Source: a virus (Duplodnaviria > Caudoviricetes). From it: a DNA stretch of 51,135 nucleotides. The translations under genes and the position numbers were made by a program. This document shows, piece after piece, positions 44,022 to 51,135 of the stretch. The first letter of the stretch is position 1. Each line of letters starts with the position of its first letter. The notes under the pieces are model-generated. The model searched no databases. It was not told the origin of the DNA and was given only the letters and a program-made list of their open reading frames with translations. The stretch lies in IMG/VR virus record IMGVR_UViG_3300045093_000075, positions 1 through 51,135 of that record. The stretch is one strand, 5' to 3'.

Positions 44022-44335
44022 GCGAGCAGAAGCATACGCCAGGGCCTTGGCATTATGGGCATGTCGGGACAGAGGCGCTTTGGATCGGCCCTGATTACAA
44101 CAGAACTCCGGTCGCGCATGTCGATCATGACATGGAATACGCCCGTGACAATTCCAGAGCCAACGCCCGCTTGATCGCGGCCGCTCCGGACCTTTTGGAA
44201 GCGCTGAATAGCCTTGTGGCTCTGAATAATGAGCACTCCCCGTTTGGCGGTGAGTTCTATCAGGATCGCCTTGACCGCGCATGGGACGCAGCTCTCGCCG
44301 CCATCGCCCGTGCCACCGGAGGCGACCATGCGTAA
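44018..44335 (+). CDS. Hypothetical phage protein
   Basis: HTPGPW...ANARLIAAAPDLLEAL common phage motif. Confidence 0.8.
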   Translation: MSEQKHTPGPWHYGHVGTEALWIGPDYNRTPVAHVDHDMEYARDNSRANARLIAAAPDLLEALNSLVALNNEHSPFGGEFYQDRLDRAWDAALAAIARATGGDHA

Positions 44336-44450
44336 CCACGTCCTCGCCGCCCTCACCCTTGCGCCTGCCCTAGCTCTGGCGTTTGCATGGGCCGTAGAGC
44401 AGCGGTTCGACATGCCGATATTGGACGCCCTCGCGGCGCTGGTGGCGTGA
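44328..44450 (+). CDS. 40-aa hydrophobic protein
   Basis: GGAGG RBS; coupled on both sides. Confidence 0.55.
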   Translation: MRNHVLAALTLAPALALAFAWAVEQRFDMPILDALAALVA

Positions 44451-44821
44451 TGGCTGAGATGCAATGCCCCGCCTCCATGTGCCCGCTGATCGCCAAGGAC
44501 GGCTCGCCATGGACCGGCCAGTACGCGGCACTCTGCCCCGGCCACGACGACATGGCAACCGGCGGCTGTCCTTGGTGGTCGATGGCCTGCTCCGTTGGCG
44601 GAATTCAGCATCAGGTTGACGAGGCCGAGGATCGGGGCGGCATGCACGCGGTCGCGGGACCGAACCAAGTTCGGCGGCTGGCAGGAAAGCCCCGATCCTA
44701 TGACTGTGAGAAGGCCAGCGTTTGCCGGTGGCAAGAGCAGGCCGAAGCCGCCGGGCGCAAGCTCTGCCCGCCCCGTGATGCCCTATCGCGAGGGCTCGAC
44801 CCCCGCGTGACGCTCTTCTGA
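44450..44821 (+). CDS. Cys-rich hypothetical protein
   Basis: TGATG coupling; eight Cys. Confidence 0.65.
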   Translation: MAEMQCPASMCPLIAKDGSPWTGQYAALCPGHDDMATGGCPWWSMACSVGGIQHQVDEAEDRGGMHAVAGPNQVRRLAGKPRSYDCEKASVCRWQEQAEAAGRKLCPPRDALSRGLDPRVTLF

Positions 44822-44829
44822 GGCCCGCC

Positions 44830-44955
44830 ATGAAACCTCAACCCAAATGGACCATCGAGCGCGGCCAATGGGTCCAGCGCCCCATGATCCTCACCACTAA
44901 CCCATTCAAGGAAAACCCCGCCTCCCCAGGTGCGGCCAAAACCGGAGAAGGATGA
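44830..44955 (+). CDS. 41-aa hypothetical protein
   Basis: GAGG RBS; fills operon gap. Confidence 0.4.
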   Translation: MKPQPKWTIERGQWVQRPMILTTNPFKENPASPGAAKTGEG

Positions 44956-45665
44956 TGACGACAGACACATTGGCACGCGAAGCTCCGGCCCACGGCAAGA
45001 ATATTTCGCCGTTCGAGGAAATCGTTTTCGAAATCGATGAGCTTTATGCTGAGGCAGCGAATTGGGCCGACGGCACCCCAATCGAGAACCAGGAGCAGTG
45101 CGATGCACTGGACGCCCTCGATAAGGCGCTGCTCGCCGCCGACAAGAAGCGCGAGGCGCTGCGCAAAGCCGAAGTCAAACCGCTCGACGATGCCAAGAAG
45201 GTCATTCAGGCCCAGCACAAGCCTGTCGAGGCCAAGGTTGCCCGCGCCCGGGACGTGCTGAACGGGCCGCGCTCGGAATGGAAAGCCAAGATTGAGGCGG
45301 AGAAACGCGCCCGAGCCGAACAGGCAACCCGTGACGCGGAGGAAGAACGCGCCAAGGCACTTGCGGCCATGCAGTCCAGTTCCGGCGATCTGGAGGCTCG
45401 GGAGCGGGCCGAGGAGCAGCTTGAGCTTGCCAAAGAGGCCGAGGCGTTCGCCAAGCGCGAGCAGAAGCGCGCCGATACGGGCAATGGACTGCGGACCTAT
45501 CACCGCGCTGAACTGACCGATCTTCGTACAGCCATCGGCCACTACTGGAAGGCCCAGCCCCACGCTTTCGAAGCGTTGGTCAATGACCTCGCCGCCAAGG
45601 ACGTGCGCGCCGGCAAGCGCGAAATCCCCGGCTTCAACATCATCACCGAACAGAGGGCCATCTAG
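44952..45665 (+). CDS. Coiled-coil recombination-module protein (Gam/Gp157-like position)
   Basis: Long coiled coil, VKPLD..K and C-terminal G.REIPGF motifs; upstream of bet. Confidence 0.7.
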   Translation: MMTTDTLAREAPAHGKNISPFEEIVFEIDELYAEAANWADGTPIENQEQCDALDALDKALLAADKKREALRKAEVKPLDDAKKVIQAQHKPVEAKVARARDVLNGPRSEWKAKIEAEKRARAEQATRDAEEERAKALAAMQSSSGDLEARERAEEQLELAKEAEAFAKREQKRADTGNGLRTYHRAELTDLRTAIGHYWKAQPHAFEALVNDLAAKDVRAGKREIPGFNIITEQRAI

Positions 45666-45667
45666 CC

Positions 45668-46567
45668 ATGTCGCACGCAGTTGCCACCATCGAGCAGGGC
45701 CGCGCCGTTGCGTCGCCGGCCACCACGTTCTCGAACCAGCAGGTTGAGCTTATCAAGCGAACTATTGCGAAGGGATCATCGGACGACGAGCTCCAGCTTT
45801 TCCTCCATCAATGCAAGCGCACCGGCCTCGATCCATTCGCGCGCCAGATTTACGCGGTGAAGCGCTGGGACGCCCAGGCCAAGCGCGAGGTCATGTCGGT
45901 GCAGACCAGCATCGACGGCTTCAGGCTCATTGCCGAGCGGTCAGGCGTCTATGCCGGCCAGGTCGGGCCTTTCTGGTGCGGTCCAGATGGTCAGTGGGTC
46001 GACGTGTGGATCGATGACAATCCGCCCGTCGCCGCTAAGATCGGCGTGCTGCGCTCTGACTTCTCGGAACCGTGCTTTGGTGTGGCCCGGTTCAAATCCT
46101 ACGCTCAGACAAAGAAAGACGGCGGCCTGACCCGCATGTGGTCGGTGATGCCGGACGTGATGATCGCCAAGTGCGCCGAAGCCTTGGCATTGCGCCGCGC
46201 CTTCCCGCAGGAACTTTCCGGGCTCTACACTGCCGATGAGATGGCACAGGCCAGCAATGGCCGGGAAGAAGCCCAGGAATCGCAGGAAGCTGCGCAGAAG
46301 TCCAAGGCTGCGTCGCGGGCCACGTATGAGCGCATCAGCAAGGCAAACCGCGCCTGTGAGACGCTGGACGCTTTCAACAAGCTGTGGGGGCATCCTGCCA
46401 CCGAAAAGGCCGTGATGGAGCTTCCGAACGACTGGCAGCGCACCATCCTCGACGAGAAGGCCGACAAGTTCTCGGAACTGTCGCCCCCCGAGCTCGAGCA
46501 GGTCGAATACGAAACGGCAGGCGCGGACGATTTCCCGTTCGGCGATGACTTTCCCGGAGACAGATAA
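45668..46567 (+). CDS. bet: Phage recombination protein Bet (ssDNA annealing)
   Basis: [27 protein letters not shown] and [16 protein letters not shown]...GLYTADEM. Confidence 0.93.
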   Translation: MSHAVATIEQGRAVASPATTFSNQQVELIKRTIAKGSSDDELQLFLHQCKRTGLDPFARQIYAVKRWDAQAKREVMSVQTSIDGFRLIAERSGVYAGQVGPFWCGPDGQWVDVWIDDNPPVAAKIGVLRSDFSEPCFGVARFKSYAQTKKDGGLTRMWSVMPDVMIAKCAEALALRRAFPQELSGLYTADEMAQASNGREEAQESQEAAQKSKAASRATYERISKANRACETLDAFNKLWGHPATEKAVMELPNDWQRTILDEKADKFSELSPPELEQVEYETAGADDFPFGDDFPGDR

Positions 46568-46623
46568 CCGCGCAGGGCGGGTCGGGCGGCTAACAACTCC
46601 CGGCCCGGGCGCCGGAGGATAAC

Positions 46624-47019
46624 ATGGGCAGAGCAACGCTGATTTTGGTGAACGACAGGCTCCGGGCGAAGGCCTTGGATTGGGTGCGCCGCGCCCCTTC
46701 CGGCACACGCATCGAGTTCAAAACCTCGAAGCGTTCGACGCCGCAGAATGATTTGATGTGGGCGAAGCTGACTGAAATCAGCGGTCAGGTCGACTGGTAC
46801 GGCCAGAAGCTCTCCCCTGAGGACTGGAAGGACATGTTCACGGCATCGCTGCGCAAAGCGCGTGTGGTGCCCGGCCTAGACGCAGGCAGCTTCGTTCCGC
46901 TTGGCATGCGCACCAGCGACATGACCAAGGACGAGATGTCCGACCTTCTCGAATTGATCTCGGCATTTGCGGCAGAAAGAGGCGTGGTGTTCAGTGATGA
47001 CGAAAGGGAACTGGCATGA
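46624..47019 (+). CDS. ninB: NinB family recombination protein
   Basis: KRSTPQNDLMWA.L..IS.QV.W, DWKDMF and RTSDM motifs. Confidence 0.9.
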   Translation: MGRATLILVNDRLRAKALDWVRRAPSGTRIEFKTSKRSTPQNDLMWAKLTEISGQVDWYGQKLSPEDWKDMFTASLRKARVVPGLDAGSFVPLGMRTSDMTKDEMSDLLELISAFAAERGVVFSDDERELA

Positions 47020-47222
47020 ATATTCCCCGCCACATCAAGCGCGCCATTCGATCATGGATGGCCTGGAGGCGCCGCAAGCAGTTCATGCGCGAGCTCGGCG
47101 TCGAAGACACGATCACCAAGTTTGCAGCCGCCAGGCGTCAGCACAAGCCCACAAAGGCATTGCAGCGGAAAATTGCTGCGGCCTGCCGAGCACAACTCGA
47201 ACGCGAGGTGCGCCATGGCTGA
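47016..47222 (+). CDS. Hypothetical protein
   Basis: ATGA coupling. Confidence 0.65.
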   Translation: MNIPRHIKRAIRSWMAWRRRKQFMRELGVEDTITKFAAARRQHKPTKALQRKIAAACRAQLEREVRHG

Positions 47223-47231
47223 TGTATTGCT

Positions 47232-47399
47232 TCAGCGCGGTGCCGGCGGATCGGGGAACTGCACGTCCGGGTCTGGCGCCGGTGGCGTCAGCGGGACGTC
47301 GTTCTCGGGCTCGACGGGCGGCTCAACCGGCTTGGGCTGCTCCGGGCGTGGATGGGGTTCTGGAGGCGGCGGGCTGTACGGCGGTTCGGGATCGCTCAT
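47232..47399 (-). CDS. 55-aa Pro/Glu-rich antisense moron protein
   Basis: GAAAGGAG RBS; MSDPEPPYSPPPPEPHPRPEQPKPVEPP...; own ECF promoter. Confidence 0.7.
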   Translation of the reverse strand: MSDPEPPYSPPPPEPHPRPEQPKPVEPPVEPENDVPLTPPAPDPDVQFPDPPAPR

Positions 47400-47430
47400 A
47401 GGGAGGCTCCTTTCGGGATTGCTTGGAGCC

Positions 47431-47455
47431 AACGAGAGCGGCCGGGCGGAGTTCC
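47431..47455 (-). promoter_or_regulatory. EcfG (sigma-T/RpoE2) promoter
   Basis: Exact GGAAC-N16-CGTT 31 nt upstream of ATG 47399. Confidence 0.75.
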
Positions 47456-47482
47456 ACATCATCATGAGTGCGGAGGCCTAAA

Positions 47483-48184
47483 ATGTCTGATCTCCCGATT
47501 TCCTTCTCCGGGCCGATGGTGCGCGCAATCCTGCGTGAGATCGAGCACCCCGGCACCGGCAAGACGCAGACGCGGCGGGTCTTAATGAAGACGCGAAACG
47601 GAACGCCCGTTGAAATGCACCCATCCGGGGACGCAAACCGCCACCCTTTCAACGACCCCGATCAATGGGGCTTCCCATACTATGATCGGAGCACAGATAG
47701 CACCGAAATAATGCGGCTATCGGATTACGCGCGGCGGCGATACGCGCTTGGCGACCGCCTCTATGTCCGAGAGCATTGGCGGGCCGAGGAGGATTTTGAA
47801 GTGGTCGCGCCGCGCGACATGCTTCCTGATACGCCTATTGCCTACGAGGCCTCGCCGTCCGTTGCTCACATGGCAATGGGCCGCTTCCGCCAAGCCATGC
47901 ACATGCCGAAGTGGGCGAGCCGGATCACGCTTCTCGTCACCGATGTTCGCGTCGAGCGGCTGCAGGACATCGGGACCGGGGACGCGATGGCGGAGGGCAT
48001 AGCTCATGAAGGGCCAGGATATGCCGCTCCCGGCATGTCTTGGGTTGGTTCGCCAGAACTGGCGTTCCGTTGTCTCTGGCAGGCGATCAATGGCGATGGC
48101 TCTTGGGATGCGAATCCGTGGGTTGCCGCCTACAGCTTCAAGCCCGTCCTCGGCAACATCGATCAGGTCGGGGAGGCCGCATGA
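47483..48184 (+). CDS. ASCH-like phage protein
   Basis: FSGPMVRAIL...KTQTRR, GDRLYVRE, HMPKWASRITL.V..VRVERLQDI and WDANPWV. Confidence 0.8.
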   Translation: MSDLPISFSGPMVRAILREIEHPGTGKTQTRRVLMKTRNGTPVEMHPSGDANRHPFNDPDQWGFPYYDRSTDSTEIMRLSDYARRRYALGDRLYVREHWRAEEDFEVVAPRDMLPDTPIAYEASPSVAHMAMGRFRQAMHMPKWASRITLLVTDVRVERLQDIGTGDAMAEGIAHEGPGYAAPGMSWVGSPELAFRCLWQAINGDGSWDANPWVAAYSFKPVLGNIDQVGEAA

Positions 48185-48618
48185 TCCGCTCCCGCAAGAT
48201 CCTCCGGCACGCCAAGGGCCAGCCGTGCCAGTTGCGTCTCCCCGGCATCTGCAACGGCGATCCCGAAACCACCGTCTGGTGCCACCTCAATGGTCACGGC
48301 AAGGGCATGGGGATCAAGACCCATGATGTGCTCGGCTTCTTCGGGTGCTCTGCGTGCCATGCAGCCTATGACCAAGGCAAAGGCCGCGCCGAACTCATTC
48401 CGGCAGTTCTGGACGCTGTGTGCGCCTCGTGGGTGGTATTGATCCGCGACGGCATCATCTTCGTGCCGCAGGACGACGAGAAGCCCTCTCACAAACGCCC
48501 CGTGAAGCCCCGCAAGCCCAAGGGCGAGCGAACGCCGATCCAATCGCGGAACGATTGGCCGTCCGGCCGCAAACTGCAATCCCGAAACACCCTCAAGCGG
48601 GAAAGGACTGACGCATGA
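48181..48618 (+). CDS. DUF1364 family putative nuclease
   Basis: AKGQPCQLRLPGIC...ETTVWCH...GMGIK..D...CSACH. Confidence 0.85.
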   Translation: MIRSRKILRHAKGQPCQLRLPGICNGDPETTVWCHLNGHGKGMGIKTHDVLGFFGCSACHAAYDQGKGRAELIPAVLDAVCASWVVLIRDGIIFVPQDDEKPSHKRPVKPRKPKGERTPIQSRNDWPSGRKLQSRNTLKRERTDA

Positions 48619-49196
48619 CCGTGGAATCGTACCCGCTGCACTGGCCCGCCGGTCGGCCGCGCACGCCGCGCAATCAGATATCTTATTCCCGCTTCTCGCC
48701 CGGCAATCGGGCCCAGGAAGTTCGGAGCGTGCAAGACGAACTCTGGCGCCTCGGGGCCAAGAACGTAATCGTCTCGACCAATGTTCGCCTCCGCCGCGAC
48801 GGTCTGCCCTATGCAGGCGACAAAGCCCCCGACGATCAGGGCGTGGCGGTCTATTTCGACTATCTCGGCGGCCAGAAGTGCTTTGCCTGTGATCGATGGG
48901 AAACCGTCGAGGAGAACCTGAGGGCGATCTTCAAGAGCATCGAGGCGATCCGTGGCCTTGATCGCTGGGGCAGCAAATCATTTGTCGATGCCGCCTTCAC
49001 CGGATTCGCGGCCCTGCCCTCACCCGAGATGCAGAAGCCGTGGTGGGAAGTGCTTGGCATCGACCGGCACGCCGGCAAGGACGAAATACGCTCTGCCTAT
49101 CGGCGCAAGTCGATGGAGCTGCATCAGGCCGGCGCCAGCGAAACGGCCCAAGTCGACCTCAACATCGCGCGTGATCGCGGATTGGAACAAGCATGA
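48615..49196 (+). CDS. Phage protein with degenerate C-terminal J-like domain
   Basis: YPLHWP.G.PRT, VSTN, DQGVAVYF, ACDRW, FTGFAALP and WWEVLG; HPD replaced by HQA. Confidence 0.8.
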   Translation: MTVESYPLHWPAGRPRTPRNQISYSRFSPGNRAQEVRSVQDELWRLGAKNVIVSTNVRLRRDGLPYAGDKAPDDQGVAVYFDYLGGQKCFACDRWETVEENLRAIFKSIEAIRGLDRWGSKSFVDAAFTGFAALPSPEMQKPWWEVLGIDRHAGKDEIRSAYRRKSMELHQAGASETAQVDLNIARDRGLEQA

Positions 49197-49465
49197 GCGA
49201 CTTCATCGCTACCGCCATATCAATTGCCTATGGCACTCGATGCCCCGAGAAGGTTGCCGGCTGCCCTTGCTGCGATGCCTGGGCGCATTATGACGCTCTG
49301 ATGGCTGGTGGCGGTAACCGCCGGGGACAGAAATTCGCCATTGATCACGACGGCTTTGCTGGACAGATCATCGGGCACTACACGACGCTGGAAGGGAAGC
49401 CAGGAATAGTCGGACAGCTCGACGGAGCTAGCGTTGTCCATGTGTACGGGGAGAAGTGGCTGTGA
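49193..49465 (+). CDS. Hypothetical protein
   Basis: ATGA coupling; YGTRCP...GCPCC.AW motif. Confidence 0.7.
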   Translation: MSDFIATAISIAYGTRCPEKVAGCPCCDAWAHYDALMAGGGNRRGQKFAIDHDGFAGQIIGHYTTLEGKPGIVGQLDGASVVHVYGEKWL

Positions 49466-49671
49466 CGCCCGAGACGTTCATCGCGTATTTCCGCGCCCGT
49501 CATGATTGGTGGTCCAAGCCCGGATCGGCCATCCACAAAGACCTGACCGCGTTCGCGAAAGAACATGCTGACTCGCCGGATAGCCTTGATGACCTCTACC
49601 TGATTTTCTGCACTCTGCATGGGATCAAGCCTAAGCCCGAACGGGGCGGCAAGATGGAGGAACAGCTGTGA
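49462..49671 (+). CDS. Hypothetical protein
   Basis: GTGA coupling. Confidence 0.65.
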   Translation: MTPETFIAYFRARHDWWSKPGSAIHKDLTAFAKEHADSPDSLDDLYLIFCTLHGIKPKPERGGKMEEQL

Positions 49672-49835
49672 GCTACATCGCGTGGGTATTCCGTTGGGCC
49701 TGCTATCGCTGGTATCTCGCAGCGCCGATAACCTGGCGCCTGAGCAGGGCTGCGCTGCCCTACGCAGGGGATTACGCGTATCAGTCGTTTGAGGCGTTCT
49801 GTGAGCGCCGACGGGCCGCCAAGGAGGGCAAATGA
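49668..49835 (+). CDS. 55-aa hypothetical protein (not in ORF track)
   Basis: GGAGG RBS, GTGA coupling. Confidence 0.55.
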   Translation: MSYIAWVFRWACYRWYLAAPITWRLSRAALPYAGDYAYQSFEAFCERRRAAKEGK

Positions 49836-49924
49836 CCGCGCTTGCCCGCGTCCTCGCCATCGCTGGCTGCCTCGGTGTCGTGCTCAGCCTCGTGCTGACC
49901 GCGCGACCGCTGTTCGGGTGGTGA
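49832..49924 (+). CDS. 30-aa hydrophobic peptide (not in ORF track)
   Basis: AAGGAGG RBS, ATGA coupling; MTALARVLAIAGCLGVVLSLVLTARPLFGW. Confidence 0.5.
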   Translation: MTALARVLAIAGCLGVVLSLVLTARPLFGW

Positions 49925-49925
49925 G

Positions 49926-50129
49926 ATGAGCCGATCAAAAGCCCGCATTGCCGACCTCAAGAACACGCTCATGACGCTTCGCGAATTGGGCATGAAGCCG
50001 TGCGCGCTCGATACGTTGCCTGACGGGACTCACCGTTGGCACTTTACGCCTCCCGCCCCTCATGATGAAGATACCCTCGATCGCGAACTGGAGGCGTTCG
50101 AGGCAAAACATGGTCATGGTCGAGCTTAA
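49926..50129 (+). CDS. Probable excisionase / recombination directionality factor
   Basis: Small ORF overlapping integrase start; call is mainly positional. Confidence 0.55.
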   Translation: MSRSKARIADLKNTLMTLRELGMKPCALDTLPDGTHRWHFTPPAPHDEDTLDRELEAFEAKHGHGRA

Positions 50130-51135
50130 GGGCCTGCACATCGTCCGATCGAAGGGACGAGAATATATCTATGCCTGGCGTGGAGGCCCGCGCGTCAAAG
50201 GCATACCGGGAACGCCCGAATTTCAGGCGAACTACAACCGGGCAGTCGAAGAACATCGGACGCCCGACAACAACAAGTTCCACACTGTCGTGATCGCCTA
50301 CAAGGCGAGCAAAGACTATGAGAAGCTGGCCGATACGACAAAGCGCAACTGGGCGCGATGGCTCGACCGTATCCGCGACCATTTCGGGGATCTAAGCATC
50401 AAGCAATTCGATCGGCCCGAGAAAATCCGCCCCATCATCCGCCGCTGGCGCAACGGCTATGAGGCAACGCCTCGCGCCGCTGACTATGGGATGCAGGTGC
50501 TTTCGCGTGTCCTGTCATACGCGGTCGATCCGATGTCCAAGATTGCGTCGAACCCATGCGAAGGCATCAAGGGCATCTACTCGAACAACCGCGCTGAGAT
50601 CATCTGGCTCCCGGCCGATATTGAGCAGTTGCGACAGCATGCATCGCCCGAGGTAATGCACGCTGTCGATTTGGCAGCACATACCGGCCTGCGCGTCAGT
50701 GACCTCATTAGGCTGTCCTGGTCGCATGTGGGAGAGGACGCCATCATAATGACGACCGGCAAGAGCCGGCACAGGCGCGAAGCGATTATCCCGCTCTACG
50801 ATGATCTACGAGCGCTGCTCAAACGCATCCCGAAGCGATCGACAGCAATCCTCACCAGCACTCGCAAGACGCCGTGGAAGGAGGGAGGGCTGAATAGTTC
50901 TCTCGAAACACCGATGGAGAAATCCAGGCTGGCCGAGCGCGATCTGCATTTTCATGACTTACGCGGAACCGCCGCGACGAAGTTTTATATCGCTGGTCTG
51001 TCGATCCGAATGATCGCGGAAATCATGGGATGGGACGAGGAGTACGTGGAGAAAATTATCCGCCGATATGTGGACAGGCAGGCGGCGCTCAAGGCCGCCA
51101 TTCGACAGATTGATGAAGCCAAAAAGGGAACATAA
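50110..51135 (+). CDS. int: Tyrosine recombinase (phage integrase)
   Basis: TGLR, K, HDLR, MGW and terminal Y catalytic residues; LKGLH...Y.YAWRGG arm-binding N-terminus. Confidence 0.95.
   Translation: MVMVELKGLHIVRSKGREYIYAWRGGPRVKGIPGTPEFQANYNRAVEEHRTPDNNKFHTVVIAYKASKDYEKLADTTKRNWARWLDRIRDHFGDLSIKQFDRPEKIRPIIRRWRNGYEATPRAADYGMQVLSRVLSYAVDPMSKIASNPCEGIKGIYSNNRAEIIWLPADIEQLRQHASPEVMHAVDLAAHTGLRVSDLIRLSWSHVGEDAIIMTTGKSRHRREAIIPLYDDLRALLKRIPKRSTAILTSTRKTPWKEGGLNSSLETPMEKSRLAERDLHFHDLRGTAATKFYIAGLSIRMIAEIMGWDEEYVEKIIRRYVDRQAALKAAIRQIDEAKKGT

Larger units (their letters stand above)
1..51135. mobile_element. Temperate prophage (siphovirus-like, alphaproteobacterial); ends not in window
   Basis: Colinear terminase-portal-capsid-tail modules, divergent cro/cI switch, recombination module and tyrosine integrase. 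Confidence 0.97.

Noticed and set aside
47122-47481. Gly/Ser-rich plus-strand ORF
   Set aside because: Antisense reading of the Pro-rich gene, which has an RBS and exact ECF promoter
1-51135. CRISPR array, tRNA, retron/DGR reverse transcriptase, lysis cassette, att sites
   Set aside because: None seen by eye; lysis genes and att sites probably lie outside the window

Overview
The window is most of a temperate, siphovirus-type prophage from an Alphaproteobacterium. The host assignment is inferred from GC content, gene families and sigma-EcfG-like motifs. It begins at the stop codon of a tail-spike gene and ends at the stop codon of the integrase, so lysis genes and att sites are not visible. 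Layout: (1) 1-21657, minus-strand late operon (terminase, portal, scaffold, capsid, head-tail joining, tail tube, chaperone with a -1 frameshift, tape measure, tail tip, tail spike), interrupted by several small morons, mostly on the opposite strand; (2) 21698-26174, dense small-gene accessory cluster (DUF2158, acidic secreted protein, hydrophilin, PilZ, SnoaL-like, HxlR pseudogene); (3) 26236-38068, minus-strand early/replication operon (cro, LexA-HTH, ParB-MT-A70, RuvC-like, DUF4942 methyltransferase, TnsA-like endonuclease, primase-helicase, Q-position regulator); (4) 38163-43046, cI plus an accessory island with two convergent pairs (PRTase/DprA and TcmP/DUF5131) and a candidate structured RNA; (5) 43342-51135, plus-strand early operon (Bet, NinB, ASCH-like, DUF1364, J-domain, Xis-like, integrase). 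Highlights: an endonuclease that appears to have inserted into the methyltransferase 3' end and supplied a recoded replacement end; the cI-PL defence/modification island; and scattered morons with host general-stress (EcfG) promoter motifs. All family assignments come from motif recognition, not database searches.
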